Origin: Dictyostelium discoideum
Taxonomy: Eukaryota
Length of the DNA: 64,000 bases
Assembly: GCA_000004695.1 (NCBI GenBank)
Contig: CM000151.3
Location: 7,520,001 to 7,584,000, forward strand
Direction: 5' to 3'
Positions 11,550-21,979 of the stretch are shown one piece after another. Both the position numbers and the translations under genes were made by a program. The notes beneath the pieces are model-generated. The model was given only the letters and a program-made list of their open reading frames with translations, was not told where the DNA came from and made no database searches. Numbering within the stretch: position 1 is the stretch's first letter; each line of letters opens with the position of its first letter.

Positions 11550-12798
11550 ATGGCAATGATGAATTTTGAATCATCTTGGTATTTATAAATACAAATCTTG
11601 GAGTTGGAAATAATTTATTTTCATTTTCAATTAACACAAAAATAAATAAAAAAAAAAAACAAAAAAAAAAAAATAAAAAAAAAAAAATAAAAAAAGTGAT
11701 ACAAATAATTCCTTGACAATAATTTCAATATTTAATATTATTAGTGATTTTTTAGACAATATACAAATTGAAATTGATAATAATGGTTTTCATATTTTTG
11801 GTTTTGATGGCAAGTGTTTAGAAAATAATTAAAATAATTTTATTTTTTTATTTATTACTAATCATTTTTTGAAAAATTAAAAAAATATAAAATAGGTTGT
11901 CAAATTTTATATATTGATGTAAATTTAAATAAAACTTTTTTTAAAGATTTTCATATGTATGTATTTGTTAAAAAACTAAATAATAAATTTTTAACTTAAT
12001 ATTAATTGATTTTTATTTTGAAAAAAAAAAAAAAAAGTGAAAAACAAATTTTATTATGTTTTAAAGTTGAACAAATTAATAGTTTTTTTAAAAATATAAA
12101 TAAATCATCAATTGAATCAATTTTAATGGGTTATGATGAAGATGTTATGTTTATTAGAGTTATAAAATCAAATGGAACAATTTCAAATTTTAAAGTACCA
12201 GAAGTTTGTGTTGATATTAAAGAAAAGTATGAAATTTCTGAAAATGATGAATATCAATGTGAAGTTTTAATGCCATCAAACCTATTATCTGATATATGTA
12301 ATGAATTAAAATCATATAAGGATTTAAATTTGAAAATTCAAGTTAATAAAAATAATTTATTATTTAAAATTGATGACTCAATAATTAATGCTGATATAGT
12401 TTTAGAAAATAAGGTAAATAAATAATTATAAATATATATATTTTAAAATAATTAATTGTAATTATTAATACTATTTTTTTTTTAAAAAAGAAAACTAAAG
12501 AGTTTTATTTAATTTGTAAAAAGAATTTTTCAATTGAATTTAAAAATAAGTATTTTTTAAAAATTAACAATATTGTAAAGAAAATCAATATTAAAGAATG
12601 TTTTTTACAAATGAATGAAAAATATCCCTTAATTATAATTTTGTAAGTAAAACTATTCTATTTTTTTTTTTACAATCACATTCTTTTTAAATTTTATTAA
12701 TTATAATTTTTTATTTTATTTATTAAAATAAAAATTTTAAAAGTTCAATTTGTTCAGTTAGTTCTTTTCAATTTTATTTAGCACCAATATTAGAATGA
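11550..12798 (+). CDS. pcna: PCNA-family sliding-clamp protein, probably PCNA itself. Six-exon model: join(11550..11578,11697..11809 or ..11815,11896..11956,12083..12413,12491..12642,12744..12798), about 246-248 aa.
   Basis: The exons align by eye along the whole length of PCNA. Matches include MNFESS~MFEARL, ...NGFHIFGFDG~SSGVNLQSMDSS, EYQCEVLMPSNLLSDICNEL~[20 protein letters not shown], and the C-terminal QFYLAPILE~KYYLAPKIED. All splice phases are consistent. The exon 2 donor is either GCAAGT (a GC-AG intron) or a weak GTTTAG. Confidence 0.55.
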
Positions 12799-12908
12799 AA
12801 ATTATTATTAAAAATAAAAAATAAAATAAAAAATAAAAAAAACACTTCAAACTATTATTATTTTTTTTTTTTTTTTTAAATAAATTTATTACAACTTTCT
12901 CTTTATTA

Positions 12909-14420
12909 TTAATTATTAATTCTTGATACAAAACTTTTTGAATCAGTTATATATCTAATCCAACGTATTGGTGAAATATTTGAACCTAACATTTTTAAGA
13001 ATTTAATTTGTAAAGTACTACAACTAAATTGTGGTATTGAGAATTCTAAACCAATTGGACCAATTTCTTTTCTTAAAGTTGAACCTACATCGATTTGAGG
13101 TTGTTGTTGTTGTTGATTATTATTTGATGATGATGAGGTAGCACCATCAACATGAATTTGAATTCTTAAGATAGTTTCCATACCACCTCTTAATTTTTTA
13201 ATACTCCAAAATACAAGATTACCAGCTTGAGTTGATTGTTTATATTCAACCTTTTGATTTTGACTACCATAATCTAATGAATGAGTTAATGATTTGGTTG
13301 ATTTTGGAACTGGAATTGAAACGAAAATGAAATTTGGTACAACTTTATTTGAAAAATTTGAACGAATTGTAACAACCAAATCAAATCTATTTCTAATGGT
13401 TGATTCTAAATTGGTTTTAACTAAAAATGGTGTGTAATTATTATTGGAGATACGATATTTCAATAAAGTGAAATCACCTTGTGGTGGTTTAAAATTGATG
13501 GTATTATTAGGTTGAAATCCTGATCCTGCGCATTCATGAAAACTACAATCATCAACTATAAATGATGTCGTATTACTACTTGGTGCTGATAAATTACTAA
13601 CACCACCAATATTATTATTATCTATTTCATTTTCGTTTGATTCATCTCTATTTGCAATTGTTTTAAAAGTAAATTCTGGACTTAACCCTAACGATAATGC
13701 TGGGTTACCCCTTAAATAACTTTTCATTTGTATTTTACCTGTAATTTCATTTCTTAATATTGTACCATTAGATGAATATAATACTGTTAATCTCTCGCAT
13801 AAATCAATATAAATTTCATTATCACCATCTGCATCTGTGACACCACTACCACTACCACCACCACTGGTTGAATTATGTAAATTGGTTGCTGCACCACTTA
13901 TACTATCAACAATATTATTTACAACTTTTGAAACTGTATTGGTTGATAAACTACTACCACCACTACTACTGTTTTTACTACCTGAATGAATTGGTTTTAC
14001 ACCTTGTTTTGGTGGTACTGATATTTTATTTGTTGCTTTTAAAAAGTTATCAATGATTGAATCGGATTCTAATTGTTTACTTTTAATTTGTTTTGGTGGT
14101 GTAAATACAAATGCTTTCAATGTTTCTGTACCTGTTGATTGTGGTACACCATAATCCATCAATTCATCCAATAATTCATAAATTAATATAAAATTCAATC
14201 TAATAGCTTCCTCTGTTAATGATGCTGTATAATCTTGAATAATCTTTGATGCTCTATTTAATAATTCAAATCCTAATGATGGTGATACTAATAATCTTGT
14301 TGTGAAAACAAAATACATTTCTCTTTTTTTAATATATAAATAATTTATACCATCAATATTCTTTATTTTATTTTTTATTTTATTTTTTTTTGGTGTGTTA
14401 AAAATAAAAAATTAGTTAAA

Positions 14421-14467
<47 letters not shown>

Positions 14468-14583
14468 TTTGTTTTTATTATTTCATTTTACTTACAAATG
14501 CTGGTGTAATTTCAGATTTCATTGATTGAACATGTTTAAAAAATATTTCATTACTATCTTTAGAAATATCAAATCGATCTAAA

Positions 14584-14618
<35 letters not shown>

Positions 14619-14786
14619 TATTAGTCCATCTCATAGGTTTTCCATGTTTTTTTTTTTTTGATTTTTTTTTTTAGATTTTTTTTTTTTTTTTTTTTTTTTC
14701 TAAATGGGTGGGTGTGAGATTTACTTACAATCTTTAAAAATAATAGTTTCACCTTTATTGTTCAAAATAAAGAATTGAGAAAACAT
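12909..14786 (-). CDS. apm4: AP-4 adaptor complex mu subunit. Model is complement(join(12909..14360,14496..14578,14729..14786)), about 530 aa.
   Basis: Exon 1 MFSQFFILNNKGETIIFKD matches human AP4M1 MISQFFILSSKGDPLIYKD. Later matches are NFILIYELLDELMDYGVPQSTGTETLKAF~[29 protein letters not shown] and NEIYIDLCERLTVLYSSNGTIL~[22 protein letters not shown]. Donors are GTAAGT and phases are consistent. Intron 2 contains a (CT)17 tract. Confidence 0.8.
14425..14459. repeat. (CT)17 dinucleotide microsatellite within apm4 intron 2
   Basis: A run of ctctct... visible in the sequence. Confidence 0.9.
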
Positions 14787-15074
14787 CCTTTATTTATTTT
14801 CCAATAAAAAGTATATATATATATATTAAATATTATTTTATGTTATTTGATGAGGTGGCCAAGGTTTGGGATGGAATAAAAAAAAAAAAAAAAAAAAATT
14901 AAAAAAATGAAAAAATAAAAAAAATAAAAAAAATAAAAAATAAAAAAAAAAAAAAAAAATCAAATTTTAAAATTTTTTTTCATTATTGCATTTGTGTTTT
15001 CATTTTCATAATCAGTATTATTTAAATAAGGGTTTTCTAAACAGAAATTCTTTATATAGATATATTTTAAAAAT

Positions 15075-15626
15075 ATGGATAAAAGAGAAGAAGGAACAGT
15101 TGAAGAACCATTAGATTTAATTAGATTAAGTTTAGATGAAAGAATTTTTGTAAAAATGAGACAAGATAGAGAATTAAGAGGGAAATTACATGTAATATCA
15201 TCATCATCATTATAATCATAATCATAATCAAAAATAAATGAATAAAAATTAAATTCATTCCATTTTTAGGTTTATTAACCACTTAATTTAATAAATAATA
15301 ATAATAATAATAATAATAATATAGGCATATGATCAACATTTAAATATGATTTTATCAGATGTTGAAGAAACAATAAAGGTTGTAGAAAAAGATGAGGAAA
15401 CTGATGAAGAAATTATAAGAGTAAGTTTCACTTTTTTTTTTTTTTAAAAAAAAAAAATTATATTCTATAAATAGTTTTTTTTAATTGTTAACATTTTTTT
15501 TTAAAAAAAAAAAAAAATAAAAAAAAAAAATAAAAATAAAAATAGAATATTAAACGTAATATAAAGATGCTTTTTGTCCGTGGTGATGGTGTTATTTTAA
15601 TTTCACCACCTTTAAGAACTTCGTAA
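15075..15626 (+). CDS. lsm3: U6 snRNA-associated Sm-like protein LSm3. Model is join(15075..15191,15325..15420,15546..15626), 97 aa.
   Basis: The spliced product [39 protein letters not shown]|[32 protein letters not shown]|[26 protein letters not shown] is near-identical in pattern to human LSM3 ([46 protein letters not shown]...[17 protein letters not shown]). Donors are GTAATA and GTAAGT. All introns are in phase 0. Confidence 0.9.
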
Positions 15627-16935
15627 TTTTAAAATTAATCAATTATTAATTAGTGGTAGAAATAAAATAAATAAATCAAATTTTATTGTTATTATTTTTG
15701 TATAAAAAAAAAAAAAAAAAAAAAAAAAAACTTTATCAATTTTACTTCTATAGAGTAAAAAAATGTGAAATTTTTAAATATCAATGTTTGTATGAATGTT
15801 AACATATGTGTGTGTGTGTTTAATGTGCCAAAGATTTGTGGTTTTATTTTATTTTTTTTTCTTTTTTTTTTTTTAAAAAAAAATTCTTTAAACAGTTAAA
15901 GGTGACTACAAAAAAATAATAACAATAATAATAATATGAAAAACAATTAATTTTCATACTACAATATATATTTTTTTTTTTTTTTTTAGTGTTTAATTAA
16001 TTTTTTTCACTCAAATTGGTGCTCATATAAATAATTCATTTTTATCATTTTACAAATTTTCAAATATTAATTCCCAATTCAAATACCACCTACAATAAAT
16101 AATTAAAAATAATAATAAATTAAAAAAAAGTTGTAGTCAATCAAATAACAACACATAACCCCAAATTAAATTCTTTTATATAACAATGATTTTTCATACA
16201 AAAATTTATTTATTTCATTTTCATAATATTTTATTAATAAAATAAAAGTGTGTGTTTGAAGGTGGGGGTATGGATAATTTGTAGTAGTAGTAATAATAAT
16301 TTTGAAAAAACAAATACTAAATCATTAAAAAAAAAATAAAAGTGGTAATTTAAAAATAATTGAATAGTTTACAAAAATAATAAAGCACACTTTCACCCAC
16401 TTTGGTTTTTTTTTTTTTTTTCCAATTTTCAAAAAAAAAGTAATAAAGTTAAATGAGAGAAAAAAAAAAAATATCATACACCAACCCACTCACCCACTTT
16501 AAAAATACAAATACGACTACAATATTTGTATATGAAAAATATTGATCTTGTATTTGATGAATGAATGAATGAATGAGACAGTTTTATATATTCAATAATT
16601 AATTTATTTTATTATTTTTTTTTTATTAATTTTTTTTTTTTTTTTCCAACAATTTGTTTTTATTTTTATTTTTTTTTATTTTTATTTTTTTATTGGCAAT
16701 AGTAATAAATACATTTTTTTCTTTATTTTTTTTTTATTAAATAAAATATATAGTAACATTAGATTAGTAATAATATAATATAATATTACAAAAAGGGAAG
16801 ATTTTTTTTTTTTTTTTTTTTCTAAAAAAAAATAATTAATAAATTAAAAATATGGAAATTGACTAATTATTTTATTTTTTTTTTAAAATTAATTAAATAA
16901 TGTGAATAGAAAATTTATTTTTTATCAAATTTGAG

Positions 16936-16966
<31 letters not shown>

Positions 16967-17011
16967 AGAAAAGGAAAAAAAAAAAAAAATAATAATAAAA
17001 ATTAGATTAAA

Positions 17012-18754
17012 ATGAGACTATATTTATTATCGCTAATATTAGTGTTTTATGCTAGTGTATCAAGTGCTTCACTTGATAGTGTAAATTTTGGTAGAGGCGG
17101 TGGCTGGGGAAGTGGAAACCAAGGTGTACTTTGTGGAACACATTATTGTCCACCAGGTTCAACTTGTGAAAGTAAACATGGTCACTATATTTGTAGACCA
17201 GGTGGTTTAATAAGTAAGTTTTGAAAATTTTTTTATAAATATTTATTTTTATTTTATTTTTCTAATATTTTAAAAAATTATATATCTAAATTTTTATTAC
17301 AGCTGCTCCAAGTGGTGGTGATAGTGGTGGTATTTGGACAGGTGGTGATAAACATAAAAAAGATTGTGGTGGCACAGGATGTTGTAAAGAAGGTCAATAT
17401 TGTACCAAACTTGATGGAAAAGAACAATGTGTATATTATCCAGATGACAAAGGTCCACAATGTGGTGGTTCATTCTGTAGAGAAGGTGAAATTTGTGTTT
17501 TAGAACATGGTGTTTTGGGTTGTCTTGAAAATCCAGTTGAAGATAGTAAAGGTAAATATTTAAATATTTTTATTTTAAATCTATAATAATTATTTTTTAT
17601 AAAATTAATTTAATAACATTTTAAATTTTTTTTTTTTTTTATTAATATTTCTATTACTAGCAAATTGTGGTTTATTCCATTGTAATTACAATGAATATTG
17701 TATTATGGTTAATGGTTATCTTCAATGTTTATTCTCAAATGGTACTGCACCATTTGCATGTGGTCTCCAAACTTGTGTTCCACCACAATTATGTGTAAAG
17801 GTTGAAAATTGTCAACAATGTGTTTCTCCACCAAGACCAGACAATAACTGTGGTGACAAATATTGTGATGATGAACATCAATGTGTTAGAAAAGGACTCG
17901 GTTATGAATGTATTCCAAAACGTCTTACTTGTGAGACCAAAAAATGCGAAGCCTCTCAAGTTTGTATCATGGTAAATGGTGATGCTCAATGTATCGTACC
18001 ACCAGCTGCCGCCGCTGCTGAAATTAGAATAAACAATTTCAGATTCAACCGTAACTCTGTTCAACGTAATGCCAAACCAGCTCAACAACAAAGATCTGCT
18101 CAACATGCCAAACCAGCTCAACATGGTAAACCAGCTCAACATGCCACTCAACAACAACATGCCAAACCAGCCCAAAATGCTAAACCAGTTCAACATAACG
18201 CCCAACAACAACATGCCAAACCAGCTCAACATGCCGCTCAACAACAACATGCCAAACCAGCTCAACATGTCGCTCAACAACAACAACAACAACACGCCAA
18301 ACCAGCTGCTCATACTGCTGCCAAACCAGTTCAACATAATGCCCAACAACAACATGCTAAACCAGCTGCTCATACTGCTGCCAAACCAGTTCAACACAAT
18401 GCTGCTCAACAACATGCTAAACCAGCTGCCCATGGCGCCAAACCAGCTGTTAATGCTGCCAGACCAGTTCAACACAATGCTGCTCAACAACATGCTAAAC
18501 CAGCTGCTCATACTGCTGCCAAACCAGTTCAACACAATGCTGCTCAACAACATGCTAAACCAGCTGCCAAACCAGCCAAATTAACCAATGCCCAAAAATT
18601 ACAACAAGAACACCAAAGACAAGAAGCTCTCGCAAAACAACAAGCTCGTATTAGACAACAAAATCTTGTCAAACAAGCTGCCCAAAAGAAACAAACCTCT
18701 CAACGTGCTGCCTCTAAAAATCAAGCTAGACCAGCAACTCAAAAGAGAAATTAA
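17012..18754 (+). CDS. Secreted cysteine-rich modular protein with EGF/follistatin-like C-x-x-C modules and a C-terminal A/Q/H/K/P-rich tandem repeat of ~11 aa (AQQQHAKPAQH) in about 14 copies. Model is join(17012..17213,17303..17551,17661..18754), about 514 aa.
   Basis: The N-terminus has a signal peptide, MRLYLLSLILVFYASVSSA. Donors are GTAAGT and GTAAAT, acceptors are AG, and both introns are phase 1. Modules of the form C..YC.PG..C....G.Y.C recur. The overall look resembles a Dictyostelium spore-coat or extracellular-matrix protein. Confidence 0.65.
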
Positions 18755-19236
18755 ATTTATTATTTAGTATAATTATACAATTGAAAAATTATAAATTGAG
18801 ATTTCTTTTTGTTGGTGATAGGTATTCAATAGATACACGAACTTTCAAATCATTTTTCAATTTCTTTTATTTACCAATTGTTAAAACTCATTTTATTTTA
18901 TTTTTATCTCTTACATATCTCTTTTTCTATTAATAATAAAAATAATAATATTACAAAAAAAAAAAAAAAACAAAAAAAAAAAAAAAAAAAACAAAATAAA
19001 ACAATATTTTTTTAAAAAAAAAAAAAAAAAAGAAAATTTATATTTTTAAATAATTTTTTTATACAACTAATAACTCTTTTATTTATTTTTTTATTTATAG
19101 TCATTATTTTTTTTTTTTGAACCTGTTAATAATAATAATAAATAAAAAAATGATTAGAAAAATCCAGTTTTTTTTTTTTCTTTTTTTTTTTTTTTTATTT
19201 TCTATTTTTTTTTTTTAATAACATTTAAGATAGTTT

Positions 19237-19309
19237 GTCAGACAATAAAAATAAGGAACAAAGTTTTTTGTCGTCATCGTGGTCGGTGTGAGCTGAGGAA
19301 TACATCATT
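19237..19309 (-). ncRNA. Box C/D snoRNA candidate, copy 1 (~73 nt core, with a 13-15-bp terminal stem spanning 19223..19323)
   Basis: Minus strand reads 5'-cattTAAGATAGTTT-a-ATGATGT(box C)-attcctcagctcacaccgaccacg-ATGACGA(C'-like)-caaaaaactttgttccttatttttattgt-CTGA(box D)-c-AAACTATCTTAaatg-3'. The flanks are perfect inverted repeats that bring the C and D boxes together. Confidence 0.6.
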
Positions 19310-19516
19310 AAACTATCTTAAATGAATTTAAAATAAAAATAGTTTTAAAATAAAACTTACCAATTGAAAACAAAGAAAAAAAAAAAAGTTTGGAAAAATG
19401 AAAAAGTAAAAAAGAAAAAGTAATCTATTTTTAAAAAAAGAAAATTTATATTAGAATTTGCTATTAAAATATAATTAAAATAAATTTAATTGATTCAATG
19501 CCATGTATAAATTTTT

Positions 19517-19589
19517 GTCAGACAATAAAAATAAGGAACAAAGTTTTTTGTCGTCATCGTGGTCGGTGTGAGCTGAGGAATACATCATT
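19517..19589 (-). ncRNA. Box C/D snoRNA candidate, copy 2 (core identical to copy 1, different flanks with a weaker terminal stem)
   Basis: A 73-nt core identical to copy 1 lies 280 bp away. The same C box (AUGAUGU) and D box (CUGA) are present. Confidence 0.5.
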
Positions 19590-19871
19590 GAATTATTTTT
19601 GTCTCTTTTTTTTTTTTTTTTTTTTTTCAAAAAACAAATAATAGCGATAATTATAAAACTTACCAAAATAACTCTTATGCAAAAAAGCGATCAGAAATGA
19701 AAATGAAAAAAAAAAAAAAAAAATTCTTTTTGAAAAAAAAAAAAAAATTTTTAAAAAAAAAAAGAAAATAAAAAAAATTCTTTTTAAAAAAAAAAAAAAA
19801 AAAAACGAGTGTTGAAATTATTGCCCGACCTTTTTCTAAAAAGTTTTAAAATTTTATAATTTTTATAATAA

Positions 19872-19876
19872 TAATA

Positions 19877-19963
<87 letters not shown>

Positions 19964-19968
19964 TGTTT
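19872..19968. repeat. (ATT)~32 intergenic microsatellite
   Basis: A run of ataataataattattattatt... Confidence 0.9.
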
Positions 19969-20395
19969 ATTTATTCCTATATCTTTAAACAATTAATTTG
20001 AAACAATATTTTTTGGTAAATTTCCCAAGAAAAAATGCATAAAAAAAAAAAAAAAAAAAAACCAAATACAGTGGTTTGAAATAAAAAAAAAATAAAAAAT
20101 AAAAAATTAGGGGTTTTCTCAAATCTTACCTAAAATTTTTTTTACAAATAAATACCTTTTTTGATTTTAATTTTTAGTTTTTTATTTTTTTTTATTATTT
20201 GATTAGGAAATAACACCGGGCAATTATTATTTTCTATGGCAAAAAAATTTTTAGTTTTTTTTATGAGAATTTTATAAAAAATTTTATTTTTTTTTTTATT
20301 TTTTTTTTCTTTTTTTTATTTTTTTTTTTCGTGATTCAAATTTTTTTTTTTTTTTTTTTTTTTTATTGTTTTTTAAACACACAGGGTATTTCAAA

Positions 20396-21303
20396 ATGAG
20401 GTAAATATTTATACATTTAATTATTCAAATACTATTAGTAAATAAAAAATAAAAAAATTAGATGAAAAAAAATAAATAAAATAGAACAAATAAATGAAAA
20501 TGAAATAGAATAAATAAAAATGAAATAAAATTTAAAAGATAACAAAATAACGATAATGGAAAACAAAATAAAAAAAATAAATGAATTGAAATAAAATAAA
20601 AAAATAAAATAAAATAAATAATTAATATGTATATTTTTTAAAATAATATAATAGCAAAATCTCAAGCGACCAAGTTAGATCAATCGTCTCCCAACTTTTC
20701 AAAGAAGCACAAGAATCCAAAAGAGGTTTCTTAGAAACTGTTGAACTCCAAATCAACTTAAAGAATTATGATACCAAGAAAGATAAGCGTTTCTCTGGTC
20801 AAATCAAAATCGGTACCGTCACCAAACCAAAATTAAGCGTTTGTGTCTTTGCTGATCAACAACATTGTGATGAAGCCACTAAAATCGGTGCTGAATTCAT
20901 GGATATTGAAGCCTTAAAGAAAATCGGTCCAAAGAACAAGAAAGCCATCAAGAAGCTCTCAAAGAAATACGATGCTTTCTTAGCCTCTGAATCTATCTTA
21001 CGTCAAGTTCCAAAACTCTTAGGTCCAGGTCTCAACAAGGTCGGTAAATTCCCAACCCTCCTTACTCACTCTGAAGATATGGCCTCAAAGATCAATGATG
21101 TCAAATCAACCGTCAAATTCCAACTTAAGAAAGTTTTATGTTTAGCCGTCGCTGTCGGTCACATCGAATTAACTGAAAGAGAAGTTGCCACCAACATCAT
21201 TCAATCAATTAATTTCTTAGTCTCCCTCTTAAAGAAAGGATGGCAAAATATTAAGACTTTATACGTCAAAACCTCTATGGGTCCATCACACCGTGTCTAC
21301 TAA
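20396..21303 (+). CDS. rpl10a: 60S ribosomal protein L10a (uL1). Model is join(20396..20400,20655..21303), 217 aa.
   Basis: A 5-nt first exon, ATGAG|GTAAAT, is followed by a 254-bp intron and ...aatAG|C. The product [50 protein letters not shown]...[14 protein letters not shown]...[29 protein letters not shown] aligns along the whole length of human RPL10A and has the same 217-aa length. Confidence 0.9.
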
Positions 21304-21794
21304 GGATACTGTTGGTTTCTAATACACCAATACTGGGTTAATAGGAGTGTTTGATACTGTCATTTTTGACTTTATTGACATTTTGTTTCCCATCTATTGG
21401 AAGCTAAAAAATTAACTTATAATAAAAAAATACCCTTTTTTAATATAAAAAAAAAAAAAATAGTTTTCCAAATTTTTTCTGTTCATATACTTTTTTTTTT
21501 TAGACTCATTTTGACATAAATAATTTTTAAAAAAAAAATATAATTATTTAGTGGACATATCATCTATTTTTTTTTTTATTTAAATATGGAATTTATAGAA
21601 ATTAAAAAAAAATTAAATTATAATTATTTTAATTTATTAAACAAATAATTATTAATTGGATTCATTAACTTTTTTTTCCTTCTTTCTTTTACTAATTTTC
21701 ACCAAAGTTGGATTGAATTCTAATTTAAATTTCATCAAAACTTAACTGAATATCCAAATTGGTTTTTTTTTTTTTTTAACCAACAACGAAAAAA

Positions 21795-21872
<78 letters not shown>

Positions 21873-21979
21873 CAAAACTTTAAATTAACGAACGAAAACC
21901 TTATAGTTTTTATTTTTTTTTTTTTTCATTTTCATTTTTATATATTTTTTTTTTAATTAATTAATTTTAAATAAAGATA

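Noticed and set aside
12006-12425. ORF-track 'M' starts such as 12006, 36170 and 46
   Set aside because: These begin at TTG or GTG, because the track uses a bacterial start set. Here they are internal exon sequence (PCNA exon 4, exon 2 of the 35133 gene) or noise, so track 'M' positions were not trusted as initiators.
17789-18584. Overlapping ORFs (minus 17789-18553, plus 18069-18584) over the Cys-rich gene's repeat region
   Set aside because: Alternate frames of the AQQQHAKPAQH-encoding repeat. The real frame is fixed by the upstream spliced exons.
19805-20240. Possible terminal inverted repeats (aattattgcccgacc ... ccgggcaattatt) about 400 bp apart flanking the (ATT)n tract, which could suggest a MITE
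   Set aside because: The match is only ~12 bp with a mismatch. There is no target-site duplication and no second copy elsewhere in the window. This is too weak to call.
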